Shown: one piece after another, positions 54,437 to 64,000 of the stretch | How the letters are laid out: the number at the start of each line of letters is the position of its first letter | Numbering within the stretch: position 1 is the stretch's first letter | Assembly (NCBI GenBank): GCA_023819035.1 | Contig: JAMWCL010000001.1 | Coordinates: 66,441 to 130,440, forward strand | Length of the DNA stretch: 64,000 nt | Origin: Candidatus Omnitrophota bacterium | GTDB lineage: Bacteria; Omnitrophota; Gorgyraeia; Gygaellales; Profunditerraquicolaceae | Reading direction: 5' to 3' | Program-made: the position numbers and the translations under genes | Notes under the pieces: model-generated | What the model was told of the DNA's origin: nothing | Seen by the model: only the letters and a program-made list of their open reading frames with translations | The model's database searches: none

Positions 54437-54904
54437 TTAACTTAAGTCTATTAACTGCTTTGCCTGAATGATCTCAGATAAAGGAAGTTGAATAGATCTT
54501 TTTTCTATCTCTATAATTACAGAATCCTCTTCCACCTTCGTAATCACCCCCACCCATTCCCTCTTTCCCTGACAGGGGTCCTTTAAAGAAACCCTTACCC
54601 TTCGGTTTATACAACGCAAAAAATCACTTTTTGTTTTTAGAGGTCGATCAAGACCGGGTGAGGAAACCTCAAGGATATAACTTTCCTTTAATATATCCTC
54701 CTCATCTAAGACTTTACTTAGCTCATTGTTAAGCTGGGCACACTCCTGTAGGGTTATACCGCCCTCAGGCTTATCTACCAGGATCCTTAAAACAAGCGTC
54801 CTTCCTTCATACCTATAAACAAGATCCACAAGCTGAAGATTTTTTTTCATAATCACCTCTTGAATAATATATCTTAACCTTTCAAAAATCTCTTGTTTAT
54901 CCAT
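54437..54904 (-). CDS. rimP: ribosome maturation factor RimP
   Basis: 155 aa; position upstream of nusA and RimP-like sequence (LEVSSPGLDRPL). Confidence 0.8.
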   Translation of the reverse strand: MDKQEIFERLRYIIQEVIMKKNLQLVDLVYRYEGRTLVLRILVDKPEGGITLQECAQLNNELSKVLDEEDILKESYILEVSSPGLDRPLKTKSDFLRCINRRVRVSLKDPCQGKREWVGVITKVEEDSVIIEIEKRSIQLPLSEIIQAKQLIDLS

Positions 54905-56168
54905 AGAGAATCTTTTTTATCCGGGCAATTACATTTTCTTTTTTCTCCAAAATCTTTTCTTTTGTTTCTCGAATCCTCAACTCAATATTCCCATTCTTTA
55001 GATATTCTTTACCAACGACGATCTGAAGCATTATCCCCAGAAGATCTGCATCCTTAAATTTTACACCCGCAGACTCATTGCGATCATCAAAAAGAGTTTC
55101 TATGCTTGTATCCTCCAGCTCTTTATGTAACCTAAAGGATAATTCCATAATCTTTTTATCCATCACATCTAAAGCCAGGATAATAACTTTATAAGGACTT
55201 ATCTCCTTTGGCCAAATGATGCCCTCAGAATCATGATGTTGTTCAATGATTGCCGGGATTAATCGTGAAACGCCTATTCCATAACAACCCATGATTACCG
55301 GCCTTTGTCTTCCTTGAGGATCAATAAAACTTACCTCTAAGGCCTGACTATACTTAGTGCCTAATTTAAAGATATGACCTATCTCAATGGCGTTATTCTT
55401 TTCTAAGTTAATTCCACATTTAGGACAACTCTGTTGGGGTTTATCTTCTTGATAACCCCTACTTAATTTACATCTTGGGCACACTAAAATCACATCCTCA
55501 CCATCTTTAGCAGGAACCATAAACTCATGGGATACCTTACCTCCCATTACCCCGGGGTCTGCTTCTACAGTAAGGAAATCCAAACCACATCTTCTGAATA
55601 TACTTACATAAGCCTGGTGCATCAGCTGATAACTTTTCTCCAGACCTTCCTCATCCTGATCAAAACTATAGGCATCCTTCATAATAAACTCACAAGCTCT
55701 AACTAAACCAAAGCGCGGCCTTATCTCATCCCGAAATTTTGTCTGTATCTGATAAAGTATTATCGGTAATTGCTTATATGAATTGAGATAGTTCTTTACC
55801 AGATCCGTAATTACCTCTTCATGTGTAGGACCCAAACAGAGCCTTCTCCCTCGGCGGTCTACAAATCTAATCATTACCTCTCCGATCTCTTTGTCTCTGC
55901 CTGTCTTTATCCACAGCTCCTGGGGTTGAAGTGCAGGAAGCAACACCTCATTTGCCCCTCGCTTATCTAATTCCTCACGAATTATTCTCTCTATGTTAGT
56001 TAATACCTTAAGCCCCAAAGGTAAATATGAATAGACCCCTGCCATCAAGAGGCGCACAAGTCCTGCCCTCAGCATAAGTCTATGACTGATCGTCTCTGCC
56101 TCTTGGGGTGATTCCTTCAAAGTAGGGATAAAAGATCTTGACCAAAGCATATAATTAACCCTTTTCAA
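54897..56168 (-). CDS. proS: proline--tRNA ligase, short form lacking the INS editing domain
   Basis: 423 aa; N-terminus aligns with bacterial ProRS (TLKESPQEAETISHRLMLRAG..., LGPTHEEVITDL, QIQTKFRDEIRPRFGL); the roughly 180-aa editing insertion of E. coli-type ProRS is absent. Confidence 0.8.
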   Translation of the reverse strand: MKRVNYMLWSRSFIPTLKESPQEAETISHRLMLRAGLVRLLMAGVYSYLPLGLKVLTNIERIIREELDKRGANEVLLPALQPQELWIKTGRDKEIGEVMIRFVDRRGRRLCLGPTHEEVITDLVKNYLNSYKQLPIILYQIQTKFRDEIRPRFGLVRACEFIMKDAYSFDQDEEGLEKSYQLMHQAYVSIFRRCGLDFLTVEADPGVMGGKVSHEFMVPAKDGEDVILVCPRCKLSRGYQEDKPQQSCPKCGINLEKNNAIEIGHIFKLGTKYSQALEVSFIDPQGRQRPVIMGCYGIGVSRLIPAIIEQHHDSEGIIWPKEISPYKVIILALDVMDKKIMELSFRLHKELEDTSIETLFDDRNESAGVKFKDADLLGIMLQIVVGKEYLKNGNIELRIRETKEKILEKKENVIARIKKILYG

Positions 56169-57414
56169 AAATCTCTAGGGGTAAATCCACTCCTTCCTTT
56201 TTAAATAAAAGATAAAATACCGGAATCACCCCGGTTGCTCTCCATCTAGGTCGTATCTTTCCTTCTGAATCAATACCTTCTTGTTCATAAACAAAAATAT
56301 CCTCTAAAACAACCTCTCCCTCTTTTATCCCGTTAATCTGGGTGATATGCGTGATCTTTCGCGACCCATCTGATAATTGTTCTTGTTGAACAATAAGATG
56401 TATAGCAGCAGCAATCTGTCGATGAATAGCTTCTAAACTAATGGATAAACCCGAAGTTAAAATCATAGTTTCAATTCTATAAATAACATCTTGAGGGGAA
56501 TTAGCATGAAGTACACAGAGAGCTCCGCGATGGCCAGAACACATTGCTTGAAGCATATCCAATGCTTCCCCGCCTCTTATTTCACCAAAGATTATCCTAT
56601 CCGGGCGCATGCGTAACGAATTCTTAAAAAGATCTCTTATAGTTATCTCACCCTTTCCTTCAATATTTGGTTGCCGGGTTTCCAATCTTACCACATGTCT
56701 CTGACTTAAAACCAATTCTGCTGTATCTTCTATGGTAATAATCCGCTCATTTTCACTAATATAAGAAGAAAGTACATTTACGGTGGTGGTTTTTCCTGCG
56801 CCAGTGGCTCCTGAGAATATTATATTAATTCTTGCTTTTATAGAAGCAATTAAAAAATCAGCCATCCGCTTATCTAAAGTGCCTAGTTGAATTAGATCTT
56901 CTGCAGACTTTATATTTCTTAAAAATTTTCTTATCGTTACAGTTGGACCGTTTAAAGCTAAAGGAGGAATAATTATATTTACCCGAGAGCCATCCTTTAA
57001 GGCAACATCAGTATAAGGATAGGATTCATCAACACGTCTTCGTGTAGGAATAAGAAACTTCTGAATAAAATACATAAGATGTTGTTCATCATCAAAAGTA
57101 ATCCCAGTAAATTCAATATTACCTTTTCTTTCTACATAAACATTATCAGGACCATTAACCATAATCTCGGTTATCTCAGGATCTCTAAGAAGCTTGTCTA
57201 TAGGACCAAAACCTAAAAAATCATTAACTATCTCATTAGTTACCTTCTCTTTCTCCGAATCCGATAAGCTTATATGCTCATGAGAAATAATTTCATCTAT
57301 TAAACGACCGATAATTGCTCTTAAATCGTGCTCTTTAAGATCGTCTCGTGAGAGCAGATTAATATACTCTGAAATTAACTTTTTTCTTATTTTATACTTT
57401 AATACTTTGCTCAT
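56155..57414 (-). CDS. CpaF/TadA-family (VirB11-like) type II/IV secretion ATPase
   Basis: 419 aa; Walker A FSGATGAGKTTT; T2SSE-type N-terminal domain; His/Asp boxes. Confidence 0.7.
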   Translation of the reverse strand: MSKVLKYKIRKKLISEYINLLSRDDLKEHDLRAIIGRLIDEIISHEHISLSDSEKEKVTNEIVNDFLGFGPIDKLLRDPEITEIMVNGPDNVYVERKGNIEFTGITFDDEQHLMYFIQKFLIPTRRRVDESYPYTDVALKDGSRVNIIIPPLALNGPTVTIRKFLRNIKSAEDLIQLGTLDKRMADFLIASIKARINIIFSGATGAGKTTTVNVLSSYISENERIITIEDTAELVLSQRHVVRLETRQPNIEGKGEITIRDLFKNSLRMRPDRIIFGEIRGGEALDMLQAMCSGHRGALCVLHANSPQDVIYRIETMILTSGLSISLEAIHRQIAAAIHLIVQQEQLSDGSRKITHITQINGIKEGEVVLEDIFVYEQEGIDSEGKIRPRWRATGVIPVFYLLFKKEGVDLPLEIFEKG

Positions 57415-58480
57415 AATTCTTTCTAATCTTTCTCCATAGTGTTTCTAAGCAATCTTTAAAAGCAACTCGTTTACCGATCTTTCCTTTTTCAAATAAAACA
57501 GCATCCCTCTGTCCAAGCGCAATCCCAATATCCGCATTTCTTGCTTCGCCTGGACCGTTAACCGCACAACCCATCACCGCAATCTTTAATAATGAAGCGT
57601 AGGCTTTAAAGTTTAAATTAGCAATTCTCTTCTCTAATTCCCTTACCATCCCAATTAAGTCTCCCTGACATCTACCACAGACAGGGCAACTGATTATTTC
57701 CGGACCAAATCTTCGAATATTTAATCCTGCTAAAATGGCTTTTGCCACTTTAACCTCTTGAACTGGGCTATCGGTCAAGGATACCCTTATAGTATCACCA
57801 ATTCCTTCTAAAAGTAAACATCCTAAGGCAATACTAGACTTGACTATCCCGTATTTAGGTAAACCGGTGGCGGTAACTCCCAGATGAAGTGGATAATCAC
57901 ATAACCTGGCTATTTTGCGATAAGCCTCGATGGTAGTTAAGATATCCGATGCCTTCAGAGATACTACCATATCGTAAAACCCGAATTTTTCCAGTACTCT
58001 AATATAATCCATAGCAAATTTTACCATATGTTGTGCCTCTCTTAATTTAGATCTATCCTTTTTAACCCTTAATGAGCCGGTATTAACCCCTATCCTTATC
58101 GGAATACCCGCGGATTTGGCTGCCTTAACTATCTCATAAATCTGTTTTTTATTATAGATATTTCCGGGATTTAATCTAATCTTATCTATCCCCTTATCTA
58201 TGGCCTCCAAGGCAAGTTTCCAGTTAAAGTGGATATCAGCAACTAAAGGAATCTTTGTTTTGGGTTTAATCTTAGCAATTGCCCAGGTATCCTGGCTATC
58301 CCTTACTGCTATCCGCACAATCTCACAACCATTCTCCTCTAATTCCCGAATCTGGCTTAATGTCTTTTCAATCTCGGAAGTCTTTACCTTAGTCATTGAT
58401 TGTAAAACAATGGGGTAACTACCACCGAGATAAATTCCTCCCACCTTTATAACCTTACTCTTGCGTCTAATTATCTTCAT
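57392..58480 (-). CDS. ispG: 4-hydroxy-3-methylbut-2-enyl diphosphate synthase
   Basis: 362 aa; Cys ligands (ISCPVCGRC, GCAVNGPGE). Confidence 0.9.
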   Translation of the reverse strand: MKIIRRKSKVIKVGGIYLGGSYPIVLQSMTKVKTSEIEKTLSQIRELEENGCEIVRIAVRDSQDTWAIAKIKPKTKIPLVADIHFNWKLALEAIDKGIDKIRLNPGNIYNKKQIYEIVKAAKSAGIPIRIGVNTGSLRVKKDRSKLREAQHMVKFAMDYIRVLEKFGFYDMVVSLKASDILTTIEAYRKIARLCDYPLHLGVTATGLPKYGIVKSSIALGCLLLEGIGDTIRVSLTDSPVQEVKVAKAILAGLNIRRFGPEIISCPVCGRCQGDLIGMVRELEKRIANLNFKAYASLLKIAVMGCAVNGPGEARNADIGIALGQRDAVLFEKGKIGKRVAFKDCLETLWRKIRKNYEQSIKV

Positions 58481-58502
58481 GTTTATCTTTTATCTAAAAA
58501 AT

Positions 58503-59567
58503 CTATCTCCCAAATAATCTTAAGAGATCATTATAAGTAGCTAAGATTAATAATGAACCAATGATAGTAAAACCTATGCGGGTAATGATTCGCTCTTCTT
58601 TAAGCGTCAAACCCCTTCCTCTCAGCCTTTCTATTAACAACAAGACAATATGACCCCCATCTAATATTGGTAAAGGTAAGAGATTAATTATAGAGATGCT
58701 TATACTTAATACCGCTATCAGATTTAAAATGGCAATTGTCCCTAATGGGGTTACCTTATGAGTAATAAATAACATACCCAGCGGACCACTTACAGATTCG
58801 CGCACAGATAATCTACCTGAGATGATTAACCATAATGCCCTATAGGTCATAGAGGTTAATTGTGCTGTCTTAAGCAAAGCCAATAAAGAGGATTTTAAAA
58901 AACCATATCTTAAAACCATCTCTTCTTCCGATGGACTAATCCCTAAGATACCTACCTTACGCTGTTGACCCAATAGGTCACTTACTTGTTTTTTCCTAAT
59001 CTCTACATATGTAGTGTATTCCTGATTATCTCTTATATAAGTAACCCTTACCCTCTTAGCATCTACCTTTGAATATATAACCCTCTGAAGCTCCTCCCAG
59101 CAGTTAACCCTCTTTCCGTCTATTTCGATAATCCTGTCCCCTGCCTTAAGCCCTGCCTCTTCTGCCCCAAAACCTTCCAATAAAGCCCCTATCTTAGTGG
59201 TACTGGCAGGATATCCTATAAAGAAGATTGCCCAGAAGAATAAAAAACCCAAAAGATAATTAAGAATAGGTCCGCATAAGATAATTATCAAACGTTGCCT
59301 TAAAGGCTTGGATAAATATTCATTGGGTTGACCCGTGTAGTCTACCACACTATCTCCTGCCAGTTTTACATATCCTCCTAAGGGTACAAGATTGATAGCA
59401 TACTCTGTATTATTTATTCTTTTTGAGAATAATCTTTTCCCAAAACCCAAAGAAAACTCCTTTACCTGAACAGCCAACCTCTTAGAGGCGAAGAAATGGC
59501 CCAATTCATGGATAAATGTTAATAAACCCAAGATAAATAAAAATACAATAAAAGAAATAAATATCAT
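58503..59567 (-). CDS. rseP: site-2 (RIP) zinc metalloprotease RseP
   Basis: 354 aa; HELGHF in the first TM helix; PDZ domain; LDGG motif. Confidence 0.8.
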   Translation of the reverse strand: MIFISFIVFLFILGLLTFIHELGHFFASKRLAVQVKEFSLGFGKRLFSKRINNTEYAINLVPLGGYVKLAGDSVVDYTGQPNEYLSKPLRQRLIIILCGPILNYLLGFLFFWAIFFIGYPASTTKIGALLEGFGAEEAGLKAGDRIIEIDGKRVNCWEELQRVIYSKVDAKRVRVTYIRDNQEYTTYVEIRKKQVSDLLGQQRKVGILGISPSEEEMVLRYGFLKSSLLALLKTAQLTSMTYRALWLIISGRLSVRESVSGPLGMLFITHKVTPLGTIAILNLIAVLSISISIINLLPLPILDGGHIVLLLIERLRGRGLTLKEERIITRIGFTIIGSLLILATYNDLLRLFGR

Positions 59568-59568
59568 T

Positions 59569-60732
59569 TTAATAAGATAGTCTTCTGATTACTCTATACG
59601 CCTCCATCCTTGCCCAATTATCCGCTTCTAAGATATCCTCTAAATCAGGGGAATCTTTATTAGCGTGTTTCTCTAAAACCCGCTTGACCACCTCGGGTAT
59701 ACAAATAAATTTTAATCTTTTCTTTAGGAATTCCTCAACACTAACCTCATTAGCAGCATTTAATACTGCTGGCATAGTGCCTAATTGTTGAGCCGCACGG
59801 TAAGCTAAAGCCAAACAGGGAAAACGCTTCAGATCCGGCCTTTCAAAATTAAAGGTTTTTAATTTAAAAAAATCTAACCTCTTTAAGTTATTGACTAATC
59901 TTTGAGGGTACGATAGGGCATGTTGGATAGGGATACGCATATCCGGAATAGATAACTGAGCAAAGATAACCCCATCTACAAACTCTACCATAGAATGAAT
60001 TACTGCTTCCGGATGTATGATCACCTTAATCTTCTCTAAGGGTACATCGAACAAGAACATTGTCTCCAAGATCTCTAAACCTTTATTCATTAAGGTTGCA
60101 GAATCCACACTATTTTTTTTACCCATCTTCCAACGCGGGTGCCTTAAGACATCCTGAATAGAAACATCCTTAAGTTGAAAACGCCTCATAAGCCTGAATG
60201 GACCGCCAGAAGCAGTAAGATAAATATTTTTTAACTTATCTTTTTCTTCTCCATTTAGACATTGCCATATACCTGATTGTTCACTATCTATAGGTATAAT
60301 CTTCACATTATTAACTTTTGCTTTATTCATAATTAGGGAACCTGCCATTACCATTGCTTCTTTATTAGCCAAAGCAATATCGATTTTACTCTCTATTGCC
60401 TTCAGTAATGGTAAAAGTGCTCCTGAACCACTTATCGCCAATACAATCTGATCTATCCTTTTATCCTTAAGCATCTGGATTAAACCTTCTTCTCCTAAAA
60501 ATAATTTTATCTTTCTAAAAGGCATGTTTGCTTTTAACTTAAGCCCTGCGTTAATATCTTTTACACCCACAAACTCTGGATGAAACTCCTTTATCTGTTG
60601 ATAAAGAATCTGAATATTAGAATTCGTACTCAAACCTAAAATAGAAAACCTCTTAGGAAAAGCCCTAATCACCTTTAAGGTATTCCTTCCAATGGAACCG
60701 GTTGAACCCAATATAACAATGCGTTTCATCAT
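59569..60732 (-). CDS. dxr: 1-deoxy-D-xylulose 5-phosphate reductoisomerase
   Basis: 387 aa; ILGSTGSIG NADPH-binding N-terminus. Confidence 0.9.
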   Translation of the reverse strand: MMKRIVILGSTGSIGRNTLKVIRAFPKRFSILGLSTNSNIQILYQQIKEFHPEFVGVKDINAGLKLKANMPFRKIKLFLGEEGLIQMLKDKRIDQIVLAISGSGALLPLLKAIESKIDIALANKEAMVMAGSLIMNKAKVNNVKIIPIDSEQSGIWQCLNGEEKDKLKNIYLTASGGPFRLMRRFQLKDVSIQDVLRHPRWKMGKKNSVDSATLMNKGLEILETMFLFDVPLEKIKVIIHPEAVIHSMVEFVDGVIFAQLSIPDMRIPIQHALSYPQRLVNNLKRLDFFKLKTFNFERPDLKRFPCLALAYRAAQQLGTMPAVLNAANEVSVEEFLKKRLKFICIPEVVKRVLEKHANKDSPDLEDILEADNWARMEAYRVIRRLSY

Positions 60733-61542
60733 CTATTTCTTCAATACAATACACATATAAGAATAAAAAACCGGAGCAGTAAAAAGTAGACTATCCATTA
60801 AATCCAAAAACCCACCCATACCCGGGAAAAAACTCCCTGAATCCTTTACCTGACAGTCACGCTTCATTAAAGATTCGGATAAATCACCTAATTGCGCCAG
60901 AATACCCAATCCTATACCTATCATCATCATATGCAGATAATCAAATTTTAAAAACTGCCTGCTTACTAATGCACCTAATCCACTAAATACTAATCCCCCC
61001 AATGCTCCTTCTACAGATTTTTTTGGACTAATATGGGGTATTAATGGTCTTCTTCCGAAACACGAACCTACAAGATAAGCCCCAATATCCCCTAATTTGG
61101 TGATTAAAAGTATGGTTAAAAAAAGACCCCTGCCATCCGGAAGGTATCTTATCCGAATTAAGAAACTGAAAAACCAAGAAACATAAAGTATCCCAAATAT
61201 AGTTGTAGAGATTCCTACAATTACACCCGAATTTTCTCTGCGTTTAAATTGCATGAGAATTAAAGCTAATAGAATAAAAACAATAAAAAGCAATTCCCAG
61301 GCTTTTGTCGGTTCAAAACGAAATACTATAGATAAAGGTATAATCATTCCAATTACAATACCAAAATATTTATATATGGTAATGCCCTTTTTCTCAAGCA
61401 TACTGAAAAATTCCCAAAGGCCACCAATTGTAAAGAACAATATCACTAAGATAAAAACCCAATCAATGTATACACCTATAAGTATTACCAAAATCAAAAA
61501 GATGGAACTAACTATTCTTCGGATTAAATTCTTCTCTGACAT
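60733..61542 (-). CDS. cdsA: phosphatidate cytidylyltransferase
   Basis: 269 aa; multi-TM; C-terminal CTP-transferase signature region (KRDCQVKDSGSFFPGMGGFLD). Confidence 0.8.
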   Translation of the reverse strand: MSEKNLIRRIVSSIFLILVILIGVYIDWVFILVILFFTIGGLWEFFSMLEKKGITIYKYFGIVIGMIIPLSIVFRFEPTKAWELLFIVFILLALILMQFKRRENSGVIVGISTTIFGILYVSWFFSFLIRIRYLPDGRGLFLTILLITKLGDIGAYLVGSCFGRRPLIPHISPKKSVEGALGGLVFSGLGALVSRQFLKFDYLHMMMIGIGLGILAQLGDLSESLMKRDCQVKDSGSFFPGMGGFLDLMDSLLFTAPVFYSYMCIVLKK

Positions 61543-61548
61543 TGTTTC

Positions 61549-62256
61549 TTAAGGAAGTCCACCAAATCTACGTTGTCTAAGTGTATAGACCTTTATTGCC
61601 TTCTCTAAATCCTCTTTTTTGAAATCTGGCCAGTATTTTTTGGGGAAATATAACTCGCTGTAGGAGATCTGCCAAAGAAGAAAATTACTCAGACGGAGCT
61701 CTCCACTTGTGCGGATTAAAAGATCCGGATCGGGAAGCCCTACGGTATAAAGATAATCCTTAAATCTTTCTATATCTAAATCTTCGAGATTTGTCTTTCC
61801 TTCAAGCACATCTTTAGCAAATCTCTTTGCCGCATCAACTATCTCTTGTTTTGCTCCATAATTTAAAGCTAACACTACCGTAAGAGCAGTATTATTCCTG
61901 GTTCTCTGTTCTACCTTACGTATCTTATTTAAGAGATATCCAGGAAGAGGCTCCTTCCTCCCAATAACCATAAACCTAATATTATTTTTATCTAACTCTT
62001 CTACTTGACGGCTTAAAAAATTATTCAAGGAACGCATAAGCATATCAACCTCTTCCTTTGGTCGACGCCAATTCTCTGTAGAAAAGGCAAATAAGGTAAT
62101 TACCTTGATTCCTAAGTCTTTAGCTGCCTTAACAATCTCTTTGATCCTTTTAATTCCTTCTCGGTGACCTATGGTACGGGGAAGACCCCTTTCCTTTGCC
62201 CACCTGCCATTGCCGTCCATAATTATCGCAACATGCAGCGGGATATTATTTGTCAT
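61549..62256 (-). CDS. uppS: isoprenyl transferase (undecaprenyl-diphosphate synthase)
   Basis: 235 aa; HVAIIMDGNGRWA signature. Confidence 0.9.
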   Translation of the reverse strand: MTNNIPLHVAIIMDGNGRWAKERGLPRTIGHREGIKRIKEIVKAAKDLGIKVITLFAFSTENWRRPKEEVDMLMRSLNNFLSRQVEELDKNNIRFMVIGRKEPLPGYLLNKIRKVEQRTRNNTALTVVLALNYGAKQEIVDAAKRFAKDVLEGKTNLEDLDIERFKDYLYTVGLPDPDLLIRTSGELRLSNFLLWQISYSELYFPKKYWPDFKKEDLEKAIKVYTLRQRRFGGLP

Positions 62257-62260
62257 ATCC

Positions 62261-63838
62261 TTATTGGTGAACTCGATAATCTATATCAGGAAAGAGATTA
62301 TCTTTATATTCAATTTCTGCTAACCAATTCTCATCAATACAATTTGCCTTTATATCTTCGTATAAACGCATAAATCTTAAAAGATGCTCCTTGGTACGTT
62401 TTACCGCATAATGATAATGTGTACCGGTTCCCATAATAAATGCCCAATCCGAGCTCTGGGCTAAGAGTAATTCTCTTAATGCTTGATTCAAGGCCCTTCT
62501 CAGCAAACCATTGGTATTGGAGAATTCCTTAGCTAACTCGGTCATCCTTTCGGAAGCCTTATGAAGATGCCGATAAATCCAATCATTGGCTCCTTGTAAC
62601 CACATCTCGTTATAACCCTTCCAGCCCCAACTCGATAGAGAAGGAGTCACTACCTGATTACGGGGATTCTCTGCTAGATACTCCGAGGGAGTAATTAGAC
62701 GAATAATATTCTGATCAAAGACTATCTTACGAATAAGAAAATCCAGCCATAACGGTCCTTCATACCACCAGTGCCCGAATAATTCCGCATCGTAAGGAGA
62801 AACAATAATCGGTTTTTTATGCATAAAATCAAAAAGATACTCTATTTGTCTTTGGCGATTGAACATAAAATTCCCCGCATGCTCGGCAGCTTTCTCCTGA
62901 GCCAGATGCGGTATATATGGCTCTTTATAATCCGTAGGCCCGGTTATCCGATAGTATTTTATCCCTGTATTTATACGTATCCCATCGGGATGAATATAAG
63001 AACGGATATACTCATAATCTAAATCGAATCCAATATCGCGATAAAACTCCCGATAGTAATAATCCCCGGGATAACCTTCAATCGAAGACCAGACTGCCTT
63101 GGAGGATTCCAAGTCTCTGCCAAAACAGGCTACGCCTGATTTACAATAAACAGGAGCAAATACCCCATATTTAGGACGCGGGGTAGCGTGTAATACCCCG
63201 TGCGCATCAACGAAGAAATACTTAAGGCCTACCTCCTTTAGTATTTCATCATAACCCGGGCTAAAACCACATTCAGGAAGCCAAATGCCTTTTGGTTTTC
63301 TACCAAATGTCTTTTCGTAATGATTTACTGCAACCTTTACCTGTGCCCTTATAGAAGGCTTAATTATCTCCATTAAAGGAAGATAACCATGGGTAGCAGC
63401 ACAGGTAATAATCTCTAATTTGCCTAAATCCTGAAAATTCTTAAAAGCAATTACTAAGTTTCGATTATACCTTTCAAAGGTATTTCTGGCTTCATAGAAT
63501 CTTGCTAAATACATAGTGGCTAAATTTTGAAACTCGGGCTGCCAACGCGTGCGCTCTACCTCCTTATGCGCTAATTCAATTAATTTATTTATATGCTTAA
63601 GATATCTTTCCTGAAGTAAAGGGTCTTCAAGCATGGAAATAAGGGTAGGGCTTAAAGACATAGTAAGGCGAAAATTAACCTTATCCCGTAGCCATCTTTC
63701 TATTACCAAGATCACAGGGATATAGGTTTCGGTGACTGCTTCGTAGAACCAATCCTCCTCTAAAAAATCTTCATATTCAGGATGACGCACATAAGGAAGA
63801 TGGCTATGAAGGACCAGACATAAATAACCCTTATTCAT
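62261..63838 (-). CDS. glycoside hydrolase family 57 protein (GH57 alpha-glucan branching-enzyme type)
   Basis: 525 aa; N-terminal LVLHSHLPYVRHPE; catalytic regions WLPECGF and HGYLP typical of GH57. Confidence 0.8.
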   Translation of the reverse strand: MNKGYLCLVLHSHLPYVRHPEYEDFLEEDWFYEAVTETYIPVILVIERWLRDKVNFRLTMSLSPTLISMLEDPLLQERYLKHINKLIELAHKEVERTRWQPEFQNLATMYLARFYEARNTFERYNRNLVIAFKNFQDLGKLEIITCAATHGYLPLMEIIKPSIRAQVKVAVNHYEKTFGRKPKGIWLPECGFSPGYDEILKEVGLKYFFVDAHGVLHATPRPKYGVFAPVYCKSGVACFGRDLESSKAVWSSIEGYPGDYYYREFYRDIGFDLDYEYIRSYIHPDGIRINTGIKYYRITGPTDYKEPYIPHLAQEKAAEHAGNFMFNRQRQIEYLFDFMHKKPIIVSPYDAELFGHWWYEGPLWLDFLIRKIVFDQNIIRLITPSEYLAENPRNQVVTPSLSSWGWKGYNEMWLQGANDWIYRHLHKASERMTELAKEFSNTNGLLRRALNQALRELLLAQSSDWAFIMGTGTHYHYAVKRTKEHLLRFMRLYEDIKANCIDENWLAEIEYKDNLFPDIDYRVHQ

Positions 63839-63918
63839 TTTTTTCTAATTTAAGCCTCATAATGCTATAGTCTCCTAAAGAATTTAAATACTTTAAAAAG
63901 ACTATAACATTAATAACA

Positions 63919-64000
63919 TTACTTGGTCTCCTTGGTCACAATGGGGGTAATGGTGCGTTCTTCTAATTTATCTGCAGAAACCCCTCGGACAGGTATAACC
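63919..64000 (-). CDS. C-terminal 26 codons of an unidentified upstream gene (partial)
   Basis: Open minus-strand frame ...VIPVRGVSADKLEERTITPIVTKETK ending at TAA (63921..63919). Too short to identify. Confidence 0.3.
   Translation of the reverse strand, partial: VIPVRGVSADKLEERTITPIVTKETK

Overview
AT-rich bacterial chromosomal segment of about 55 tightly packed genes. All but one (rpmB/L28, + strand) are on the minus strand, so the window is effectively one long co-oriented array of housekeeping operons. Reading in the direction of transcription (high to low coordinates), the units are as follows. (1) uppS-cdsA-dxr-rseP-ispG-[CpaF-like ATPase]-proS-rimP-nusA-infB-trpS-scpA-ruvB-queH-DUF2905-spoIID-queA. 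(2) An RR-GAF-HD-GYP regulator, then tgt-trmD-rplS-yraN fused directly onto a Wood-Ljungdahl operon: fhs-fchA-folD-metF-cooS-cooF-FAD/NAD oxidoreductase-acsB. (3) A TPR protein, then polA-glgA-coaE-rho-rpmE-prfA-prmC-murA-trpGCFBA-M16 peptidase-CNNM transporter. (4) A roughly 6 kb alpha-2-macroglobulin (A2M)-family gene broken into four ORFs by three in-frame stop codons with no frameshifts. (5) An unannotated 49-aa zinc-ribbon gene with its own promoter, then rsfS-argS-recJ, then divergent rpmB. (6) A UvrD-like helicase fused to a Cas4-like Fe-S nuclease, an alpha/beta hydrolase, and rpsO-pnp. No rRNA, tRNA, CRISPR array, transposase or prophage signal was recognised. I could not run any searches; every call rests on motif-level reading of the translations provided. 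The standard genetic code is in use (TGA, TAA and TAG all terminate intact genes). The most unusual observations are the nonsense-only disruption of the A2M gene, the single-polypeptide helicase-nuclease next to recJ, the compact methyl-branch plus carbonyl-branch Wood-Ljungdahl operon lacking acsCDE in cis, and a lone Tad/CpaF-type ATPase translationally coupled between ispG and proS.
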